From NCBI GenBank assembly GCA_977017575.1, contig CDRNVI010000059.1, positions 124,001 through 188,000 on the forward strand: a DNA stretch of 64,000 nt. Direction: 5' to 3'. The notes beneath the pieces were generated by a model, which saw only the letters and a list, made by a program, of their open reading frames with translations, did no database searches and was not told the DNA's origin. Every line of letters begins with the position of its first letter. Position 1 is the first letter of the stretch. Of the stretch, positions 57,648-64,000 are shown one piece after another. The position numbers were made by a program, and so were the translations under genes. This stretch comes from Paramoeba atlantica (Eukaryota; Protista; Discosea).

Positions 57648-59018
57648 GGCCATAGAGAATAAAGGAGAGGGAATAAGTACTGTTGCTCCCACTTAAGAAT
57701 CAAGTCCGGAATCTATGGATTCTTAAGTAGAGGGGATAATACGAGACAAACGATTAAGAAATAAGACACCAGTTTTTTCTTTTTTTCTTTACAAACAGGC
57801 ATAAAATGTAGTTGCAAAATGAAGGAAAAAGCTAAATGTTTTAGTATTTGTCTTAAAAAAACATACACCTTAAAAATGCACTTTTCTGAGCAGATTCGAT
57901 TAAGAATCTCGTGCGAGTAGACAAAGGGCAGGCATGTTTCCTTAGTACACGGCTTGGTGCTGCTCATCTAGAAGAAGATAACCACGACTATCGTTGAGTT
58001 GCAGTAGTACTACAGCACTAAGTAATGTTCGTTGAAGGACTTTGAGGGTCATGGACACACCCCACAGGCTTCGCTTTCCTCGCAGAAGCTTATCTAAGGA
58101 TCGCGCCACACGATCCACATTTTTTAGCTCTTTTTCAGTGATTGTCGAACAGGGCCTAGTATCCGCTGTTTCCGTGTCTCTTTCTCAGAACGGTACGAAC
58201 GTCGTGTGTTTGTTGCTACATTGAGTATTTGGAATTGAGCTACATTGAGTATTTGCAGAAACTCTTCAAGCACTTCTTGCGAACTCATAATATGTCATGT
58301 CCCCTAGATATCCTCTGTAGATGAATATCTTTCAATTTACGAAGAAATGATAGCTTAATTTAACTTTGTCGCCACATTCGAAAACTACCATGCTCGACAG
58401 AGCCGTATAGACCCCTCTACCATGCGCGAGATCACACGAGATCATACCCGCTGCCCCTTACCTCCAACTTTCCAAGAAAAATCATTTTACTGACTCGAAC
58501 CTGAGTAAAGTAAAACTGAGTAAAGTTTGACATCTTTTGCTTAGCCGAAAAATAAGGAGCTAAACTGCTTAATCGCTTTCGGCACTTTGCGTTTCCATTC
58601 CTTCTCCAACATATCGCGAAACAACTTATATCTCTTGTATGGTGAATCTGATGTCTTATGATTAGGGCAAAGTTCATCCCGCACTACTCGGTGATACTTT
58701 AAGAACTACACAAAATCTTGCGGAATATCCCCATCATGTTTCCATCTGAGGACGAAGTGAAGGTCAAAACAAGTGCACATGTCAGAAAAACCAAGAAAAA
58801 GCAAGTATTGATAGCCCCATAATCATGACACTAAAAAAAGAAAAAATATTTTTTTTGAGTACAATATAAGTTATCATTGCCCCCACATTACCCTCTATAG
58901 TAGGCATACGAAATCCTATTCAAAAAAAAATCCCTCCACCTTTTCAAAACAAAACTTTTTGTCTCTCCTTTTTACTTACCCTCTTCCCTCCCTCCCTATA
59001 TTTCTCCCCACCCTCCCC

Positions 59019-59264
59019 ATGCCCTCCCCCTCCCCTTCTCGCAAAAAAATACCCTCCAGCACGAAAAAACTAAAAACCCCTACCCCAGCCAAGGCAGCAA
59101 CAACTACTACAAAAACTACCCCCAAAAACAGCCCCCTACCCCCCCTATCCCCCACAACTCTGTCCCCTGACGACCCCTGCAGGCGTCTTCTCGCCCTCTC
59201 CCCCGCCTTAACTTCTCTTCATTCCTATCTGCTCCAACAGCAGTCCCATGCCCCTCCCACGCTC
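59019..59264 (+). pseudogene. 5'-only tandem duplicate of the RSL1D1-like gene
   Basis: Paralogous to about 59605-59825, then switches abruptly to unrelated sequence at about 59264. Confidence 0.85.
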
Positions 59265-59604
59265 TGGAGCGGTGGTTGTTGGTAAACGGGACTTCGCAAA
59301 TTGTGCAGGCTCTCGCCATACCCCACCTCTCTGGCTTCGCAAATGGCTTCCCACTAATGACATCGCGTATGGCTGAAAATGTAACCAACGGAAGTCGAGC
59401 GTGTGATCACCAGATTACGAACGGCATGTCTTACCAACTGGACTACCAGGGCTTCCCAAGACCTACGTTTTTAAGCACAGCAATGTACGCCCAAATCGAA
59501 GATGGGGGGCTTTGCCCAAAAATTGAACGATTTTTTCTAACTACACTTTTTTTTCGTATATCACTTTTTTTTCGGCAATTTCATTTTCTCTCCCCATCCT
59601 CCCC

Positions 59605-60867
59605 ATGCCCTCCCCCTCCCCTTCCCGCAAAAAAACACCCTCCAGCACGAAAAAACAAAAAATATCTACCCCAGCCAAAGCAACAACTACCCCTACCCCA
59701 ACCCCCCTATCCCCCAAACCTCTATCCCCTGACGACCCCTGTGTTCGTCTTCCCGCCCTCTCCCCCGCCTTAACTTCTCTTCATTCCCATCTGCTCCAGC
59801 GGCAGTCCCTGTCCCCCCCCACGCTCCTCGAGTCCCGCACGAACCTTCGACTCGTGCTTACCTTTGCCGTGCCCCCGGGGGACCGGCCCGACCCGGTGTT
59901 CGTGGCGCTCCCCCATGGGCGGTACAAGGGGGAGGGGGAAGGCATGGAGGGGGTGGAGGTGGGGGTGATAACGAAAGGGGAGGAGCAACGGGAGAGGGTG
60001 CGGGCGATGGTGGAAAGGGGGAAGAAATGGGGGAGAGGGGAGCGAACAGAAGAAGAAGAAGAAGAAGAGGAGGGGGAGGATGTGACGGGCAAGGGGGAGG
60101 GGGTGGAAAAGGGGGAAAGAAAGGGAAAAGAGAGGGAAAAGGGGGGAGGAAAGGGGGAGGAGATGGGAGCTTCGAAAGGAACGTTAAAAGAGATTGAAAA
60201 TCGTCCCTCCACGTTTGCGGATGTAACGCTTCCTCTGTGCTCAATGGTACGTAAAGTTATTGATACGGAAAAACTACGCATCAAGTTTGGAACGTATGAA
60301 AAACGACGTGCGTTGCTTCGGTCGTTTCCTTTGCTGTTAGTTGAGAAAAATGTGGAGTACTGGAGGCTGCCGAGGTTGTTAGGAAAGGCAATGGTGCGAG
60401 CGCAGCGATTTCCGATACCGATTGATGAAATCAAGGATGTTAAATCTTTAGAGGATGGGATAATGAAAGCGCTTTCGACAGCTGTTGTCGTGTTACGAGG
60501 ACAGAGCGTGTTGAATGTGCGTATTGGACATGTGGGGCTGCGACCCGCACAGTTGGAAGAAAATGTGATAGCGGTAATGCGCCAAGTGTTAACGCAATGT
60601 GAGAATTCCTGGAGAGATATCGAAAGTGTAGTCGTGGAAGGAGAGGGCGATGGTCCACGTATGTTGGTGTATGCGCATAATTATGAAGAGGAGCTGGAGG
60701 GGTTGGAGGAGAGGGTGAAGAAGGCGAGCAAGGTAACCGTGGGGGGTGGGACAAATCCGTTGGATGGGAAGTTAAAGGAAATGGAAGCGAAAGCAAAGCC
60801 GTTTTTGACGCGGCAGGTGCGGTTTAAAAGGAAGCCGGGTCAGGGGGCTCAGGTTGCGCAGGGGTAA
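59605..60867 (+). CDS. RSL1D1: Ribosomal L1 domain-containing protein (RSL1D1/Cic1/Utp30-like)
   Basis: KVI...KL..KF.TYE.RR.L..SF.L.L......LP..LGK......PIP; .V.IGH.......L.EN. Confidence 0.8.
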   Translation: MPSPSPSRKKTPSSTKKQKISTPAKATTTPTPTPLSPKPLSPDDPCVRLPALSPALTSLHSHLLQRQSLSPPTLLESRTNLRLVLTFAVPPGDRPDPVFVALPHGRYKGEGEGMEGVEVGVITKGEEQRERVRAMVERGKKWGRGERTEEEEEEEEGEDVTGKGEGVEKGERKGKEREKGGGKGEEMGASKGTLKEIENRPSTFADVTLPLCSMVRKVIDTEKLRIKFGTYEKRRALLRSFPLLLVEKNVEYWRLPRLLGKAMVRAQRFPIPIDEIKDVKSLEDGIMKALSTAVVVLRGQSVLNVRIGHVGLRPAQLEENVIAVMRQVLTQCENSWRDIESVVVEGEGDGPRMLVYAHNYEEELEGLEERVKKASKVTVGGGTNPLDGKLKEMEAKAKPFLTRQVRFKRKPGQGAQVAQG

Positions 60868-61161
60868 AATGGGCGAAGTTTTTTTGTTCACACTTCACAT
60901 AGCGTTTTGTTCCTATTTCGTAGCGGGGAGATCCATGGCATAATATGATAGTTTAAACTTCAAACTTTGAACAGAGCAGAAAAAGTACCAAAATATTAAA
61001 ATTTATGCTTGAATTCAGTAATCTAACCGGTCAGTTCAATGGACTTCATTTTGTATTGGAGAAAACAGTGCTTTGCTTATTTTATTCCCAAAATATTTCG
61101 TATTGACCTACTTAGCACTATTCTTATACTTTGTGACAAAACTTTATTCGCTTTAGTCATC

Positions 61162-61842
61162 ATGTTTGCGTCTGTAGCAGCACAAGATACGACGAGATCC
61201 AGAAAGGTGCACCAAAGTTGTTTGTCACAGGAGATACGCTTCTCCATTTTCATAGGAAACATTAGCAATCCTGATCGTACCTGGGAACCAACGCAAAGTC
61301 TAAGCTTCTGGCACGGTGTTTCGTGTAATCAGCGTGGGGAGCCGCGAAGCATTCGTTGGAATGGCCTTGAGCTGCGCGCAGAACGACTAATTTGGTCAAG
61401 CCTTCCGATTTCTATGGATACCATTGTTCTTTCATCAAATACCTTGCGGGGGGTGGTTAAGTGGGATGAAATGCCTCGTGAGCTCTCCTTACTTGACCTC
61501 TCCCGCAATGCGTTTTCTGGAACGGTATCGACATCAGACCTCCCACCGAAGTTACTGTCTCTCTCACTGCACTCAAATGAGTTCACCGGTCCACTCCAAC
61601 TACGCACTTTACCCTCTAGGCTGGGCTATGGCTATTTCGGCAGCAATCAGTTTTCTGGATCTCTTGAGTTGTCTCACCTCCCTGAAAGAATGTGTGTCCT
61701 GAGTTTGTCGCGAAATATGTTTTCGGGCACTGTTCATGTGGATAGCCTTCCAAGGGGCCTCAAAATACTAAACTTGATAGGTAACGACTTGCAGGAACTT
61801 TACTCAGAAAAATTGCCTTCATGTGTTTTGTATGGCGAATAG
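61162..61842 (+). CDS. LRR family protein 13
   Basis: AAQDTTRSRKVHQSCLSQE, NPDRTW....W.GVSC, about 6 LRRs. Confidence 0.9.
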   Translation: MFASVAAQDTTRSRKVHQSCLSQEIRFSIFIGNISNPDRTWEPTQSLSFWHGVSCNQRGEPRSIRWNGLELRAERLIWSSLPISMDTIVLSSNTLRGVVKWDEMPRELSLLDLSRNAFSGTVSTSDLPPKLLSLSLHSNEFTGPLQLRTLPSRLGYGYFGSNQFSGSLELSHLPERMCVLSLSRNMFSGTVHVDSLPRGLKILNLIGNDLQELYSEKLPSCVLYGE

Positions 61843-62195
61843 GTCACACGCAGTATCAAACTTTTCATAGCAGTGTGACTATTTAAAAGTTAAGGGGGGT
61901 GCCTTATTCGTGTCTAGGGGTTTATAATTTACCGATCTCGAGTTTTCCGATGCCGGGAAGAGAAGAAACATCGCCAAAATTTACAATGGTAATCGAGGAT
62001 GGAGAGGTAGGTTCAAGAGAAAGATTGCGCAAAACTTAATTTGCGTACACCTGAACACACGTGAAGCCCCGAAAAAGGTTTGGCTAACATACACTGCATA
62101 TAAGCAATACTGAAGGAAATCCTAGAGAACCATACAAAAACGAAAGAGGGGGCGTATATTATTTACAGCTATTCTAGGAAGGTGGTTCCTTCAAA

Positions 62196-62460
62196 TACCA
62201 TGCGGATGTCTTGCAGGATACGGCAATTGCGCGAGGCTCCATTTCGGCCAAGACACCCATTCACGAGTTCCCCGTAAAATTTCATGTGCGCCTCTCGGTT
62301 TGTTTCGTTCGAGTCGGTAGTGCCGCCACGAAATCTTATTTCGTCCTTTGACTTAGTGTTAGCCGACTCAATCGTATTAGTGTGAGCCCCTGTTGCTGAT
62401 ACCCACTCCTTCGGAAGGAGTCCTTCCTCTAGTTTACACGTTCATGGCGTAACTACTTGC
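62196..62460 (-). mobile_element. Merlin / IS1595-like transposase 3' fragment
   Basis: Minus strand reads KEWVSATGAHTNTIESANTKSK, paralogous to 32200-32290. Confidence 0.72.
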
Positions 62461-62499
62461 TCAAACATACGTATGCTAGCTACGTACGTATGCTAACAG

Positions 62500-63681
62500 T
62501 AAGACTCAGAGAGAAAACTGAAGGATCTCCCCAGGCAATGCGCCCTACCCCTCCTGCGGCTATGCGGCAGCCCGCGCTGGAATTATATGGTGCGGACGCA
62601 CGAACCCCCGGTCACCAAGATGGCCAATAAACAAATTGACTGTGCCATCAAGGCGTGCTCTGAAGCCTTACTCGGAGGGATGGACCCCCTTGGAAAGTCG
62701 CCGTTCTCAAATCCCCTTTTTACGGCGGACTTCCTAGGAACCATTCCTTTCGAGCACAAAGGTGAGGACATGCAGGGAAAAGTCAAAAACGCCCTCTAAA
62801 GACTCACTCAGGGTACGCCAGCCAAGGAGCTGAGACGCAGCTTCTGTGAGGCGGCCATCCAGAAGGCCCCCTCGGCCACGCATTTGGTCTGTATGAGACA
62901 GATTCAAAACATCCACTCTACCAAATAGATGAATGCGTGGCCGAACAGGCCGGAATACTACATGCGGGACCCCGAGTGGGAAACAGCGGCCCGCCTTCGG
63001 TACTTGGTCTCCCCGACCTCCGAACCTGAACTACAGTGCGTGTGCGGCGCCACCCTCAGGAACGAGGATTTTTGCGTCCACGCGCTGGACTGCAAGAAGG
63101 TCAGGGGCAAGACCCAAGCCTCCCGACATAAAGTAGTTAAGGAAACCTTCCGAAACCTCCTAAACAACTATGGTTTCTCTCCAGACCTTTGCGAACCCAG
63201 GTTCGACAACGGTCGAGGTCCTGACATATGCTTCCAACTGGGCCGGAAGCTCGCCCTTGTGGACGTCACCGTGGTCAACCCACTGGCCCCGTCTTACGTA
63301 GACAAGGAGGCCACCCATCCCTCTTATACACTGAGGATGGCGGAAGGCAACAAGCGCCGCGCCCATGACGAGATGGCGGCCGCCAGAGGGATGGATTTTT
63401 TCCCCCTGGCCTTCACCACCTATGGGGTGCCTGGCCCAGAGACCCTCAATTTTCTCAAAAGGGTGGCCAGAGCACACACGTCCGACAGGGCCGGATGTCT
63501 CTCTCACCTTCTGATGGCTATGGGAGTAGCCATCCTGAAGGGCAATGCCCAGATAGTGCATCGGCGGTACAGGATTGGTACCGTCGCGGGGTGCGTTAAC
63601 TGGGGTAGGAGCGGGGGTGAATGTGTTTCTATATTTTTTTTTCTACCTATATATAGATTATGTAAACTAATATGCGTATAA
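62500..63681 (+). mobile_element. 5'-truncated CRE/R2-type non-LTR retrotransposon (RT thumb, CCHC, restriction-like endonuclease)
   Basis: LLRLCGSPRWNYMVRTHEP; CVC...HALDC (CCHC); RH; RGPDI....ALVDVTV; E..K; F.PLAFTTYG; AILKGNA. One frame with in-frame TAA (62797) and TAG (62926). Confidence 0.88.
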
Positions 63682-64000
63682 AACTGATCAGCAATTTTGT
63701 CCCCCTGTACACGGGCATACCTATTTTTCCTCATATTCAATGTATTCTTGTGCTCGAGTTCCGTGATGGGATTTCCTTCCGCAATAGACTCGTTGTGCAT
63801 CAAGTTTGTGGCATTTCCACTATTTTGAGATTGCAGTGTTCTCTGTTAATATGATCATAGAGAAACTTAGCTCTGAGGCAGACACAAAGTCATCACAGAT
63901 TTAGGCAAGTATCTGGTTTCGGCATCAAAATTAATACGCAGAATGAAAACAGAATGGAAGCTAAAATCTCAAATCGAAGTAAAAAAGTATGGGTAATAAA

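Noticed and set aside
58000-58700. Possible hAT/MULE remnant (CWRRNGNAKC; KELKNVDRVARSL)
   Set aside because: Motifs are scattered across broken frames and too weak to call.
62587-62930. Stop-codon reassignment suggested by in-frame TAA/TAG in the retroelement
   Set aside because: All long host genes are free of internal stops and end in TAA, TAG or TGA. The stops are confined to decayed TEs.

Overview
Eukaryotic (protist) genomic DNA. It has intronless genes that all lie on the + strand, pyrimidine tracts upstream of several starts, a kinetoplastid-type mitoribosomal bL19m-like gene and a large 23-aa LRR family. Together these point to a kinetoplastid, most plausibly a Perkinsela-like organism (inference, not verified). 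Housekeeping genes (CDC48/VCP, PUS1/TruA, M16A insulinase, CWC22, RSL1D1, bL19m-like) are interleaved with about 14 copies of one LRR gene family. The family shows birth-and-death turnover: a duplicated LRR-LRR-bL19m unit, truncated and mosaic copies, and many replacement changes between recent paralogs. Intergenic space is packed with mostly defective transposons from at least seven groups (Tc1, pogo, hAT, PIF/Harbinger-like, Merlin/IS1595, tyrosine-recombinase element, CRE-like non-LTR), several nested and with verifiable TIRs/TSDs. Signals not visible in the ORF track: a 3-copy C/D snoRNA cluster with an LSU-rRNA antisense element; a 107-bp near-perfect fold-back over a transposase start; a repeated C-rich to G-rich strand-skew switch inside GC-rich genes; a histone-fold protein with a large loop insertion; and a bacterial-type pRiA4b ORF-3 domain fused to an H1-like lysine-rich tail. 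All family assignments come from motif recognition by eye; no database search was run.
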